Origin: Vicinamibacteria bacterium | GTDB lineage: Bacteria; Acidobacteriota; Vicinamibacteria; Marinacidobacterales; Marinacidobacteraceae | Reading direction: 5' to 3' | NCBI GenBank assembly: GCA_963668695.2 | Contig: CAXXLQ010000004.1 | Coordinates: 896,001-960,000, forward strand | Length of the DNA: 64,000 nt | Shown: piece by piece, positions 1 through 10,477 of the stretch | Numbering within the stretch: position 1 is the stretch's first letter | Layout: every line of letters begins with the position of its first letter | The notes under the pieces: model-generated | The model's input: the letters and a program-made list of their open reading frames with translations, nothing else | Databases searched by the model: none | What the model was told of the DNA's origin: nothing | Made by a program: the position numbers and the translations under genes

Positions 1-757
1 CCGCGCCGCCTCCGTCGCTCAGTTGATCGGCATGCAGCTTGACCGGCAGCCCAAGCGCCCGGGCGCGCTCGAACAAACCCGCAATCTGCGCGGCGTTGAA
101 CGCAATCCCCTCGCAGAAAGCGTCCACGGCATCGGCAAGACCCGCCTCCACCACCCGGGGCATCACTTCGTCGCCGACGAACGCCAGGTAGTCGTCCGGC
201 CTTCCCGCGAACTCCGGGGGCACCGCGTGCGCCGCCAGGAGCGTGGTCCTCACGGTCAGCCCCGAGGCGCGGCCGAGCCGGCGCGCCACTTCCAGCATCC
301 GGATCTCGGTATCGCCGTCCAATCCGTACCCGGACTTGATCTCCACCGTGGCGGTTCCCTGCTCGGCCATCGCCTCCAGCCGGCCGAGCGCGCTTCGGTA
401 GAGCTCTTCCGTGGAGGCCGCCCGGGTGGCGCGCACCGTGGCCATGATCCCGCCGCCGGAAGCCGCCAGTTCCTCGTAGCTGGCCCCTCCGAGCCGCGCC
501 TCGAACTCGGCGCCCCGATCTCCCCCGAAGACAAGATGGGTGTGGCAATCGATCAGCGCCGGGGTGAGCCAGCGTCCCTCGAGCGAACGGATCTGCCGCC
601 CCCGCTGAGCGGGCAGGTTCGATCGGGGTCCCACCCACGCGATCGCTCCGTCCCGGATCGCGAGTGCCCCGTCTTCGATCGCGCCGTAGGCGCCTCCGCC
701 GCCCGCGCGCATCGTGGCGATGCGGGCGTCGGTCAGGAGCAGGTCCCAAGGGTCCAT
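1..757 (-). CDS. hutI: imidazolonepropionase (5' part; runs off the window)
   Basis: Minus-strand translation from ATG 757 gives LTPALIDCHTHLVFGGDRGAEF and TVEIKSGYGL, both HutI motifs; divergent from hutF. Confidence 0.93.
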   Translation of the reverse strand, partial: MDPWDLLLTDARIATMRAGGGGAYGAIEDGALAIRDGAIAWVGPRSNLPAQRGRQIRSLEGRWLTPALIDCHTHLVFGGDRGAEFEARLGGASYEELAASGGGIMATVRATRAASTEELYRSALGRLEAMAEQGTATVEIKSGYGLDGDTEIRMLEVARRLGRASGLTVRTTLLAAHAVPPEFAGRPDDYLAFVGDEVMPRVVEAGLADAVDAFCEGIAFNAAQIAGLFERARALGLPVKLHADQLSDGGGA

Positions 758-815
758 GTGGTTTGCGATGGAGAGCGGTTCGACAATACCGTGTGACGGA
801 CTTCAGTAGAGAACA

Positions 816-2196
816 GTGACTCGGATTCTGGCGCGCCGCGCGCTGCTGCGAAGCGGATGGGCGGACGATGTCCTGATCGTCGTTCGCGGCGGGGAAATCG
901 CGGAGGTCTCCGTGGGCGAACCGCTGACTGCCGTACCGGAACTCGAGGACCTCAAGGATCTGGAGGCGGGGATCGTCATCCCCGGTCTGGCGAATGCCCA
1001 CAGCCATGCCTTTCAGCGCGCGCTGGCGGGTCGAACCGAACATCGCTCGGCCACTGGCCGCGATTCGTTCTGGACCTGGCGCGAGCGCATGTACGAACTC
1101 ACCGGCAGGCTCGATGCCCGGCACGCTCGCGGCCATCGCGCGACAGGCGTACGCACAAATGCTGGCGAGCGGCTACACGTCGGTCGTCGAGTTCCACTAC
1201 CTGTTCCGGGACCAGACGGGCCGCGGCGATGGGGACGTCATGTTCCAGGCGCTCTGCCGGGCGGCCCGCCAAAGCGGCATTCGGCTGATCTATGTCCCAG
1301 TGCTCTACGAACGTGCCGGGTTCGACCGTCCCGAGCCCGAAGCGAGGCAGCGGCGGTTTGCGATGGATGTCGAGGACTTCCTGGCCCATCACGAACGGGC
1401 GGCCGGCGCCGTCTCCGGGCCGGTCACGGTCGGGATCGGCGCCCACAGCCTGCGCGCGGTCGGGGAACCCTCGCTCCGAAAGGTGGCGGCGCGCGCTGCC
1501 GCCTCCGGCGCGCCGATGCACATCCACATCGCCGAGCAGCGGCGGGAGGTCGAGGACTGCCTTGCCGCCCATGGATGCCGCCCGGTGCGTTGGCTGCTGG
1601 ACCGCTTCGAGGTCGACGGGCGCTGGTGCCTGGTCCACGCTACCCACCTCGACAAGGGGGAAACCCGGGATCTCGCCGCGTCCGGTGCGGTCGTCTGCCT
1701 CTGCCCCAGCACGGAGGGCAATCTCGGTGACGGCCTTTTCCCGCTCGAGGATTTTCTTCGCGCCGGGGGCCGGATCGCGATCGGCTCCGACAGCCAGGCC
1801 ACGATCAACCCCTTCGAGGAACTCCGTTGGCTCGAGTACGGACAACGTCTCCGCTCACAATCCCGCAACGTCGCTTCCATCGCGGAACTTCACGTGGGCC
1901 AGGAACTCTTCGGCCGGGCGCTGGCGGGGGGCGCCCAGGCCAGCGGACAGCGCGAATTCGGCTTGGCGCCCGGCGCGCCCGCCGACCTCGTGGTGCTCGA
2001 TCCCGACGACCCGATGCTCGCCGGGCACGACCCCGACACCCTGCTCGATGCGTTGGTGTTCTCGGGCTACCCGTTACCGATCGAGCGGGTCATGGTCCAC
2101 GGCGAGTGGAGAGTCGTGGGCGGCGAACACGTGGATCGCGCCGACACCGCAAGACACTTCGCCGCCGCGATGGCTGGTCTCGGAGCCGGCCACTGA
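816..2196 (+). CDS. hutF: formimidoylglutamate deiminase (one +1 frameshift near 1120)
   Basis: [14 protein letters not shown] and [11 protein letters not shown] in ORF 816; [24 protein letters not shown] and IGSDS in ORF 994. Confidence 0.9.
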
Positions 2197-2249
2197 TCGA
2201 GACCCCAAATGCAGCGCCGCATGCCATCATCACGGCACGAGGAATCGTC

Positions 2250-3953
2250 ATGAAACCCGTTCAGCCCGCAGCCGTCCGTCGTCCAGCCGTCAGGGCTCCC
2301 ACCGGCCCGAACCTCTCGGCGAAGAGCTGGCTCACCGAGGCGCCGCTCCGCATGCTGATGAACAACCTCGACCCGGAAGTTGCGGAACGGCCGGAGGATC
2401 TGGTCGTCTACGGAGGAATCGGCAAGGCGGCGCGCAACCACGCCGCCTACGAAGCGATCGTCAAGACGCTCCGTGAACTGGAAGCGGACGAAACCCTCGT
2501 CGTCCAGTCCGGCAAGCCGGTCGGCGTCTTCCGGACCCACCCCGATGCCCCGCGCGTGCTGATCGCCAACTCCAACCTCGTCCCCGCCTGGGCCACCTGG
2601 AAGCACTTCCGGGAACTCGACCGGAAGGGTCTGATGATGTTCGGCCAGATGACCGCCGGGTCGTGGATCTACATCGGCAGCCAGGGAATCGTCCAGGGAA
2701 CCTACGAAACATTCGTGGAACTGGGCCGCCAGCACTACGGCGGCGACCTGGCCGGCCGCTGGATCCTGACCGCCGGACTTGGGGGCATGGGCGGGGCCCA
2801 GCCGCTCGCGGCGAAGATGGCGGGCGCCTCTTTGCTGGCGATCGAGTGCCAGGCCGACCGGATCGAAAAACGAATCGCATCGGGATACCTCGACACCCGG
2901 GCCGACACGGTGGACGAGGCGCTGTCACTGATCGAGGGATCGGTCCGGGCCCGCACCCCGCGCTCCGTGGGTCTCCTCGGGAACGCCGCGGAAATCCTTC
3001 CCGAACTCCTCGCCCGCGGCGTCCGCCCCGACGCCCTGACCGACCAGACTTCGGCGCACGATCCGGCCAACGGCTATTTGCCGGCGGGGTGGAGCGTCGA
3101 GGAGTGGCATGCACGCCGGGCGAGCGACCCCGACGCCGTCGCGGCCGCCGCCGTCCGCTCCATCGCCGACCATGTCCGCGCGATGTTGGGTTTCCACGAT
3201 GCCGGGGTGCCCACCTTCGACTACGGCAACAACATCCGCCAGGAGGCGCTCGGTGGCGGCGTTGACCGCGCATTCGACTTTCCCGGTTTCGTGCCCGCCT
3301 ATATCCGGCCCCTCTTTTGCCGGGGGATCGGACCGTTTCGCTGGGCGGCGCTTTCGGGAAATCCCGAAGACATCTACCGCACCGACGCCCGGGTCAAGGA
3401 ACTCATCCCCGACGATCCGCATCTCCACCACTGGCTGGATTCGGCTCGGGAGAACATCCAGTTTCAGGGACTGCCGGCGCGCATCTGCTGGGTGGGGCTG
3501 GGCCAACGCCACCGACTCGGCCTCGCGTTCAACGAGATGGTCCGCACGGGAGAACTGGAAGCCCCCGTCGTCATCGGCCGCGATCACTTCGACAGTGGAT
3601 CGGTCGCGAGCCCCAACCGCGAAACCGAGGCGATGCGCGACGGCTCCGATGCGGTCTCGGACTGGGCGTTCCTGAACGCCTTGCTGAATACCGCGAGCGG
3701 CGCCACCTGGGTTTCGATCCATCACGGCGGCGGCGTCGGGATGGGGTACGCGCAGCACGCCGGGTTCGTCATCGTCTGCGACGGGAGCGAAGAAGCCGAT
3801 CGCCGCATCGAGCGGGTGCTCTGGAACGACCCGGCCTCCGGAGTGATGCGGCATGCCGACGCGGGCTACGAGGACGCCATCGCCTGCGCCCGCGAACATC
3901 GGCTCAACCTTCCCATGGTCCCGGGCATCAAGGAATCGGGTGGAAAGGAATGA
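2250..3953 (+). CDS. hutU: urocanate hydratase
   Basis: [44 protein letters not shown]. Confidence 0.97.
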   Translation: MKPVQPAAVRRPAVRAPTGPNLSAKSWLTEAPLRMLMNNLDPEVAERPEDLVVYGGIGKAARNHAAYEAIVKTLRELEADETLVVQSGKPVGVFRTHPDAPRVLIANSNLVPAWATWKHFRELDRKGLMMFGQMTAGSWIYIGSQGIVQGTYETFVELGRQHYGGDLAGRWILTAGLGGMGGAQPLAAKMAGASLLAIECQADRIEKRIASGYLDTRADTVDEALSLIEGSVRARTPRSVGLLGNAAEILPELLARGVRPDALTDQTSAHDPANGYLPAGWSVEEWHARRASDPDAVAAAAVRSIADHVRAMLGFHDAGVPTFDYGNNIRQEALGGGVDRAFDFPGFVPAYIRPLFCRGIGPFRWAALSGNPEDIYRTDARVKELIPDDPHLHHWLDSARENIQFQGLPARICWVGLGQRHRLGLAFNEMVRTGELEAPVVIGRDHFDSGSVASPNRETEAMRDGSDAVSDWAFLNALLNTASGATWVSIHHGGGVGMGYAQHAGFVIVCDGSEEADRRIERVLWNDPASGVMRHADAGYEDAIACAREHRLNLPMVPGIKESGGKE

Positions 3954-5487
3954 GGATAGAGGTCGGCGAGGCGCCGGTCCCGCTCGAAGTCCTGCGCAAA
4001 GCCTGGCTGGACGAGGTGACCGTCGTCCTCGGCGGCGGGGCGCGTCGGCGGATCGCCGCCGCCGCGCACACGATCGAAGACGCGATCAAGGGAGGCCGGC
4101 CCATCTATGGGGTCAACACCGGCTGCGGGCATCTCGCCCATGTCCGAATCGGCGACGACGAACTCGCGCAGCTCCAGGAGAACATCGTTCGCTCGCACGC
4201 GGCGGGGGTGGGCGAGGATCTCGGCGACGGCGTCGTGCGCCTCGTGATCCTGACGAAGCTGATGGCGCTCGCCCGCGGCCACTCGGGTGTCCGCATCGAG
4301 ATCGTCGAGGTTCTCGGCGCGCTCCTCGAGCACGGCGTCTATCCCCGGATTCCCGCAAAAGGCTCCGCCGGGCGCGTCCGGAGATCTGGCGCCGCTCGCG
4401 CATCTGGCCGGGGTCCTGATCGGGGAAGGGGAGGCGCGGATCGGCAAGGAATTCCTGCCCGGCGGGGAGTTCCTGCCCGGCGGGGAAGCTCTCCGAAGGG
4501 TCGGGCTGGAGCCGGTGCGGCTCGCGCCGAAGGAGGGGCTTGCGCTCCTGAACGGGACCCAGGTCTCGACCGCCCTGGCGCTCGCCGCCGCCTTTCGGAC
4601 CGAGAACGTGCTGGCGGCGGCGCTGGTGGCCGGTGCGATGTCCACCGATGCGGTCAAGGGCAGCGATGTCCCCTTCGACAGCCGCATCCACGCAGTCCGG
4701 GGCCACCCAGGGACAGATTGCCGTGGCTGGCGTCCTGCGGGAACTGATGCGCGGCAGCGAAATCCGCGCCTCGCACCTCACCTGTGACCGGGTTCAGGAC
4801 CCCTACTCCGTCCGCTGCCAGCCCCAGGTGATGGGCGCCTGTCTCGACCTGCTCCGCCAAACCGCGGCGCTCCTCGAAACCGAGGCGAACGCGGTGACCG
4901 ACAACCCCCTGGTCTTTCCCGATTCGGGTGAGGTGCTCTCCGGAGGCAACTTCCACGCCGAACCCGTCGCCTTCGCTGCCGACATGCTGGCTTTGGCCAT
5001 CGCCGAAATCGGATCGCTCTCCGAGCGGCGCACGGCGCTGCTCGTGGACCCGCACCTCAGCAGCCTCCCCGCCTTCCTGGTCCACGACAGCGGACTGAAC
5101 AGCGGTTTCATGATGGCCGGAATCACCGCGGCGGCGCTGACCTCCGAGAACAAGGGCCTCGCCCATCCGGCCAGCGTGGACAGTATTCCCACCTCCGCCA
5201 ACCAGGAAGACCACGTCAGCATGGCGACCCACGGGGCGCGGCGGCTCCACGACATGCTCGACAACCTCGAGCACATCGTTGCCGTCGAGCTTCTCGCGGC
5301 AGCCCAGGGAGTGGAGTTCCACCGCCCGGCGAGAAGTTCCGAAACCCTCGAAGAGGCGCTCGGCGCCGTGCGGAGGATCTCCCCGCCCTACACCCGGGAC
5401 CGGGCCCTCTCCGCGGACATCAAGGGCGTCGCCGCGCTTATTGGGAGCGGCGGTTTTCGGAACTACGCCGCTACGGCCCTCTTCTGA
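3950..5487 (+). CDS. hutH: histidine ammonia-lyase (two +1 frameshifts near 4372 and 4705)
   Basis: [24 protein letters not shown] (MIO motif), [18 protein letters not shown] and ANQEDHVSM spread over three frames; ATGA overlap with hutU. Confidence 0.92.
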
Positions 5488-5515
5488 CGAACCGGCGGGG
5501 CTTGCCCGCTACGGC

Positions 5516-6517
5516 TCAGTTCCGTCTTGGATTCTTGAAGTCGAAGACCCACTGGAAGGCGACGAAGACTTCGTGGTCCGAGATGGTCCCGAACCGCACG
5601 CGGTAGTCCGCCGCCAGGTGCGTCAGGATCCAGGGAAGCTCGTAGCGGGTTCCCACCTTGAAGTAGCTCATGTTGCCGGGATCGTCCACGGAGCCATGAT
5701 TCGATTCCCCCCCGATCTCCACTCCGCCCCACAGACCCGGTGGAAGCCGCTTCCGAAACCGGGCAAAGCCGCCAACGTGTGAGCGTCCGTTCTGCTCGCG
5801 CTGGTACACCGAGCTGCGGAACGTCTGGTCACCGAGGGTGCCATCGAGATGGACCGCCGTCTGCCGCTTCGGAGTCAGGTCGTCGGCCGGCCCGTCGCGC
5901 CCTTCATAGTGGCCCACGTCCAACTTCCAGGTTCCTCCGCCGGCCGCGAAGCTGCGGCCGACGCTGGCCAGCACGTCCTTGAAGCCGTTTTCGTCCGCCT
6001 TCCAGCCCGACCCGTTCACGACGTGCACCCGTCCGCTGTAGCCCCCCCGGTCCACGAAAAGGAAGACTCCCGTTTCCCGCGTCCAGGTGAGCGCCGCTCC
6101 GTGCGCCGCGCCAATCATCTGGAAGCCGAAGGGGGCGTCGGTGAACTCGGCCAGCCACAACGGGGCGCTGCGGCCGGCCCGCAGCCGGATGCCCCCGCCA
6201 AGGTCGTACTGCACCCAGAGATCGTGGATACGAGTGTCACCCACGTCGTAGGTAGCCCGTATCTGAACGCGGTCCCCGATCCTGGTGTCGGACCAGGCCG
6301 ACAGGCGCTGGATCGTGACGTCGCCGAGGTCCGAGAGTTCGTCGATGAACCGTCCGCGGAGCCGGAAGTGAAAGTCCACGGCCGGCTGGTCGTCGGCGTC
6401 GTCCTGGGCCGTCTCGGCCACTTCCGACCGTTCCTCGGCGGGCTCCCGGCCAGGATCCGCCAGCGCCGGTACCGTTAGGAACCCGAGAATCAGCCCGAGG
6501 AAGAGCGCCCTCGTCAT
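5516..6517 (-). CDS. putative outer-membrane beta-barrel (porin-like) protein
   Basis: Signal peptide ending ALA-D; alternating amphipathic strands; aromatic C-terminal strand VAFQWVF. Confidence 0.6.
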   Translation of the reverse strand: MTRALFLGLILGFLTVPALADPGREPAEERSEVAETAQDDADDQPAVDFHFRLRGRFIDELSDLGDVTIQRLSAWSDTRIGDRVQIRATYDVGDTRIHDLWVQYDLGGGIRLRAGRSAPLWLAEFTDAPFGFQMIGAAHGAALTWTRETGVFLFVDRGGYSGRVHVVNGSGWKADENGFKDVLASVGRSFAAGGGTWKLDVGHYEGRDGPADDLTPKRQTAVHLDGTLGDQTFRSSVYQREQNGRSHVGGFARFRKRLPPGLWGGVEIGGESNHGSVDDPGNMSYFKVGTRYELPWILTHLAADYRVRFGTISDHEVFVAFQWVFDFKNPRRN

Positions 6518-6551
6518 CCCGACCAACCTCCCGGTCGAAAGATGGGGCGCC

Positions 6552-6626
6552 TGGCTCCACGGGTAGGACTTGAACCTACAACCAACGGATTAACAGTCCG
6601 CTGCTCTGCCATTGAGCTACCGTGGA
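6552..6626 (-). tRNA. tRNA-Asn (GTT)
   Basis: Reverse complement TCCACGGTAGCTCAATGGCAGAGC...CTGTTAA...GGTTCAAGTCC...GCCA forms a cloverleaf with encoded CCA. Confidence 0.97.
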
Positions 6627-6663
6627 TTCAGGAAGGCGCTCACGGAAAGGCGAGTGAGTTTAG

Positions 6664-6775
6664 CAGCCGGCAGACAACGTGACGCGGCGTTCGGCCGGCG
6701 ATGCATCCCGGCTGAACCGCGCCGCTTCGCGGCGCTCATCGCTGCGCTTCGCTCGAAATACACCGAGCCAGTTGC
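6664..6775. mobile_element. degenerate, partial MITE copy A
   Basis: TTAG-CAGCC left end followed by the internal segment CGGCGATGCATCCCGGCTGAACCGC...CGAAATACACC shared with other copies. Confidence 0.65.
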
Positions 6776-7240
6776 TGTGAAAAACCAGTCGCGCCGGGAC
6801 GCCAACAGCTCGGATGGCGCGCTGCCAGGGAACGCCGGTTCACACCGGCACCGCGCGGGAGCGCGAAACCAGGGCCGATGACGTTGCGCCATGCCAAGGT
6901 GAGGGCCGCGTCTTTTTCATGACGGGCGAGGGTGTGCAGGAGGACCCGATCATGAGGGTTTCTCCCGGTGCGGACGCCTCTCCGGCTTCGGCACTCGCGT
7001 CACGCGGCCCACCGGCCGCTGGCAGCCCTGAAATCGCGCGGAGTCAGGCTACCGGTGGCTGGCGGGGGGCCGGCGCACGTCCTGAATCGCGGGAGCCGGT
7101 CGTTTTGGACGACGCCCCCGCAGGGCGAGGTTCCCCCGCGCAAGCAGTCAGATTGGGGAATCCCGACTGCCGGCGACAGGTTCTGTCCTACCAAGCCCCT
7201 AGTCTCGAGCGCATCATGCAATCAGGCACAAGGAGGCACC

Positions 7241-8155
7241 ATGAGCAACGAAAATGGGTTCTTTTCCCCGAATCTCGAGACGGCAGCGATCGGCCGCCCG
7301 ATCACCCGCGCCGGGATCTCATTCTTCCCGGTCTACCTCACCGGCAACGACGTTCCTGAAATTGCCACGGGGCCGGCAGCGGAGAGAGTCATCGACGAAT
7401 TGAATGATGCCTCCGTTCCTGATCTCACCGTGACCAATCCGGGGAAGACCCCGCTGCTCCTGATCGAGGGCGAGCAGTTCATCGGTGGGAAGCAGAACCG
7501 CACCGTCAACATCAGTGTGCTGGTTGCCGCGGGGGCGACCCTGGAGATTCCGGTGTCCTGCCTGGAAGCGGGGCGCTGGGGCCGGCAACGCGATTTCCAG
7601 TCGGCCGCGACCAGTACGCCCCGCCGGGTACGGCGGACGATCCACGACGCGGTGGCCGCACAGGCGGGAACCGCGTCCGCGCGCCGAGGCGCCCAGGGCG
7701 AAGTCTGGGGCAGGATCGACGAGTCCCTTCGCGAGATGCGGATGTCTTCGCCAACTGCGGCCATTGCGGACGCCGACAAGGTTTTCACTCGCGACCGGGA
7801 CCGGGGGGCGGCGGCGGAAGAGCTGGCGCGGCTCGGGCCACTTCCCGGACAGTACGGATTCGTCGTGACCCACGGTCCGCGGATCGTCGGGACCGAGATT
7901 TTCGGCGACCCCGAATTGCTGAAGCCCCACTGGCCGGCGCTGACCCGGTCCTATCTGCTCGAAGAGCCGATCGCGAGCGGACGGCCTTCGGCAGACCGGG
8001 TGTTGCGCGCGCTCCGGGGCATCAGCCGGGCGGCGTACAAAGGTTCATCGGGCCTCGGCCTCGGCCAGGAGCGGCACTTCACGAACGAGAAAGGGGCCGG
8101 CCAGGCGCTCACCCTCGGCTGCGCGGTCGTCCACGCCTCGGCCCTCAGCCGGTAG
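7241..8155 (+). CDS. ARPP-1/DUF6569-like domain protein
   Basis: VPDLTVTN...LLLIEGEQFIGGKQNRTVN...IPVSCLEAGRW and QGEVW motifs; RBS AGGAGG. Confidence 0.75.
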   Translation: MSNENGFFSPNLETAAIGRPITRAGISFFPVYLTGNDVPEIATGPAAERVIDELNDASVPDLTVTNPGKTPLLLIEGEQFIGGKQNRTVNISVLVAAGATLEIPVSCLEAGRWGRQRDFQSAATSTPRRVRRTIHDAVAAQAGTASARRGAQGEVWGRIDESLREMRMSSPTAAIADADKVFTRDRDRGAAAEELARLGPLPGQYGFVVTHGPRIVGTEIFGDPELLKPHWPALTRSYLLEEPIASGRPSADRVLRALRGISRAAYKGSSGLGLGQERHFTNEKGAGQALTLGCAVVHASALSR

Positions 8156-8232
8156 GCGTTTCGGGAGGGAGCCGCGCGGAAGGATGGGGCGCTTGTTGCG
8201 CCGACCTCCAGAACTTGTTGGACGGGAGAAGT

Positions 8233-8286
8233 TGAATCACAATGTCATTCATCCGACAAGTTCATCCGACAAGTTCATCCGACAAG
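8233..8286 (+). promoter_or_regulatory. dinJ operator-like palindrome plus 3 x 13-bp tandem repeat ending in the RBS
   Basis: TGAATCACA-A-TGTCATTCA inverted repeat; TTCATCCGACAAG x3 at 8248-8286. Confidence 0.65.
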
Positions 8287-8299
8287 GAGGATCAGGGCT

Positions 8300-8563
8300 T
8301 TGGCTGCGAATCAACTCGTGCAGGCTCGCATCGACGGGGCCGTGAAGGAGGAAGCGGCCGCTGTGCTGGCCGCCATGGGTCTGACCATTTCCGACGCCGT
8401 GCGGTTGCTGCTCACCAGGGTGGCGCACGAGAAGGCGCTGCCGTTCGCACCTCTGGTTCCCAACGCGGTCACGATCGAGGCAATGAAGGAAGCTCGCAAG
8501 GGCGGACTCCCCCGGTTCAACAGCGTGCAGACCCTCCTCGACGATCTGCATGCGGACGATTGA
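8300..8563 (+). CDS. dinJ: RelB/DinJ family antitoxin
   Basis: VQARIDGAVKEEAAAVLAAMGLTISDAVRLLL...LPF...PNAVTIEAM. Confidence 0.88.
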   Translation: MAANQLVQARIDGAVKEEAAAVLAAMGLTISDAVRLLLTRVAHEKALPFAPLVPNAVTIEAMKEARKGGLPRFNSVQTLLDDLHADD

Positions 8564-9090
8564 GCGCACCAGCCAGTTAACAACCTGTGGTGAAACCCAC
8601 GCGGCCCAGTTCTCCCGGTGGGGGCTCGAGCGGCGATCCATCCCGCCTGAACCGCCCCCCCACCGGGAGAACTGGCGCTTTGCGGCGCTCTGCGTTGCGT
8701 TTCGGTCGAAATACACCCGGGCCAGTTCTCCCGGTGGGGGCTCCTCCCTCACGCGCCTTGTCAGCCGGGCGCCTCGCCCCCACCGGGAGGACTGACCGCT
8801 CTCGGCGCTCACCCGGGTTCCACCACCGGCTGTTGGAGCGCGACTACCAGCGGGAATCCAGGGGGCCGGCATCGCGTGCATCTCCCGACGCCAGCGTGGC
8901 GCCCCTCGTGGAAGCCCTCGCCAACGATCAGCCCTTGGAACCTCGGTGCCACGACCATGCCCTCAGCGGCGGGTGGGCTGATCATCGCGACTGCCACGTG
9001 AGGCCCGACCTGGTGTTGATCTACCAAAAGCCCGACGCAGAGACGTTGCGGCTCGTTCGCCTTGGGTCACATTCCGAACTCGGATTCTGA
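8550..9090 (+). pseudogene. yafQ: YafQ family toxin interrupted by MITE copy B
   Basis: Removing 8581-8836 restores MRTIERTSQLKRDY...DHALSGGW...RDCHVRPDLVLIY...LVRLGSHSELGF. Confidence 0.88.
8581..8832. mobile_element. MITE copy B (252 bp, four micro-element copies)
   Basis: TIRs CAACCTGTGGTGAAACCC / GGGTTCCACCACCGGCTG; flanks TTAA/TTGG. Confidence 0.88.
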
Positions 9091-9149
9091 ACGTCCCGAG
9101 CGCGCCCCAGGCTGGCTCGACGCCGTCCGACTCGACGACGGTCGTCCGC

Positions 9150-9749
9150 TCAGAGAGCGCTGCGGTGTTGCAGCGCCTCCGCCATGGTGGTCTCGTCGGT
9201 GTGGACCAATTCGCTTCCCATCGGGATGCCGATTCCGATGCGAGTCACCCGAATGCCCTGAGGCTTCAACAGGTGCGCCAGCCAGGCGGCGGCCGCCTCC
9301 CCGTCGTGGGTGGGATTCGTGGCCACGATCACTTCTTCGAAGTGGCCGTCGCGGACCCGCTGGAGCAGGCTGGCCAGGCTGCGCTCTTCCTCCGGATCTC
9401 CGTGAGGGGGGAAAGCGATGCCGCCCAGCACGTGGTACCGACCGTTGAAGATCTTCGCTTTTTCGACGGCCTCGATGTCTGCCGGATCCTCGACGACGCA
9501 GAGCACCGCGTCGTCGCGGCTCGAGTTCCTGCAATAAGCGCAGGGCTGGGCATCGGCGAAGTTGCCGCACACGCGGCACCGGGACACCCGGTCATGCAGG
9601 GTGGACGCGGCAGCTCCGAGGGCTTCGGCACGCTCCCGTCCTCCCTGGAGCAGGTGGAACGCGATTCGCTGCGCGGATTTTTCCCCGATCCCCGGGAGTC
9701 GCCTCAGCTCACCGATGAGTCGTGACAGCGGCTCCGGCAGGCCGCTCAT
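9150..9749 (-). CDS. recR: recombination mediator RecR
   Basis: LPGIGEKSAQRIAFHLL, C4 zinc finger, TOPRIM motif EVIVATNPTHDGE. Confidence 0.96.
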   Translation of the reverse strand: MSGLPEPLSRLIGELRRLPGIGEKSAQRIAFHLLQGGRERAEALGAAASTLHDRVSRCRVCGNFADAQPCAYCRNSSRDDAVLCVVEDPADIEAVEKAKIFNGRYHVLGGIAFPPHGDPEEERSLASLLQRVRDGHFEEVIVATNPTHDGEAAAAWLAHLLKPQGIRVTRIGIGIPMGSELVHTDETTMAEALQHRSAL

Positions 9750-10048
9750 TTACCGCCGGTGAGCTGTCCGAGTTCTTCGAGCGAACCCAGCCTTTCCTGC
9801 ATCTGCTGCTCGATCTTCCGGGAGGCGTCATTGATCGCCGCCTTCACCAGGTCCTCGAGAAGTTCCACGTCACCGGAACGCACCGCTTCCGGGTCGATCG
9901 TCACCCGCCGCACCTGGCGGGCGCCATTCATCCGCACCTTGACCATGCCGCCACCGGCGGCTCCTTCACCCTCCAGGGACTCGATCTGCCGCTTGAGCTT
10001 GCGGAGCTGTCCCATCTGCTGGGTGACCTGGTGAATTTTCGAAAACAT
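9746..10048 (-). CDS. ybaB: YbaB/EbfC nucleoid-associated protein
   Basis: GAAGGGMVKVRMNG...VTIDP...DVELLEDLVKAAINDA; lies between dnaX and recR. Confidence 0.93.
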   Translation of the reverse strand: MFSKIHQVTQQMGQLRKLKRQIESLEGEGAAGGGMVKVRMNGARQVRRVTIDPEAVRSGDVELLEDLVKAAINDASRKIEQQMQERLGSLEELGQLTGGK

Positions 10049-10125
10049 CGCTCGTTTTCCTCCTTCGCACCGGAACTTCCGTCCCGGGACGACAATGGAC
10101 TTTCCTGAGTATGGCTTACCCCTAG

Positions 10126-10477
10126 CAACCTGTGGATAAAGTGACGTGAGTACCGAGACCGGTGAGGCGCCCGGCTGACAAGGCGCGTGAGGGAGGAGCC
10201 CCCACCGGGAGAACTGGCCCGAGTGTATTTCGACCGAAACGCAACGATGAGCGGCGCGCAGCGACGCGGTGAACAGCCTGTGGTGGAACCCACGTGAGCG
10301 CCGAGGTTGGCCAGTTCTCCCGGTGGGGGGGCGGTTCAGCCGGGATGCATCGCCGGTCGCTTCCGGAGCGGGGCGCCAGCACCGCGGAGACCCCGGAGCG
10401 GAAGAGACGGGGGACGGGGGCACCCGACCCCCATCTCTTCTGGCTCGGGAATGCCGCGTGACTTTGTCCACAGGCTG
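10126..10477. mobile_element. composite MITE copy C (DnaA-box TIR variant, internal nested end)
   Basis: CTAG duplication at 10122-10125 and 10478-10481; TIR CAACCTGTGGATAAAGT / ACTTTGTCCACAGGCTG; second left end at about 10274. Confidence 0.85.

Noticed and set aside
8606-8795. CRISPR array formed by the 19-nt motif with 32-36 bp gaps; partial resemblance to type I-E repeats
   Set aside because: Orientation alternates, the gaps are conserved MITE sequence rather than unique spacers, and no cas genes are present
10199-10217. ZTP (pfl) riboswitch, suggested by CCACCGGG
   Set aside because: The other conserved riboswitch elements are missing and the motif is dispersed inside repeats
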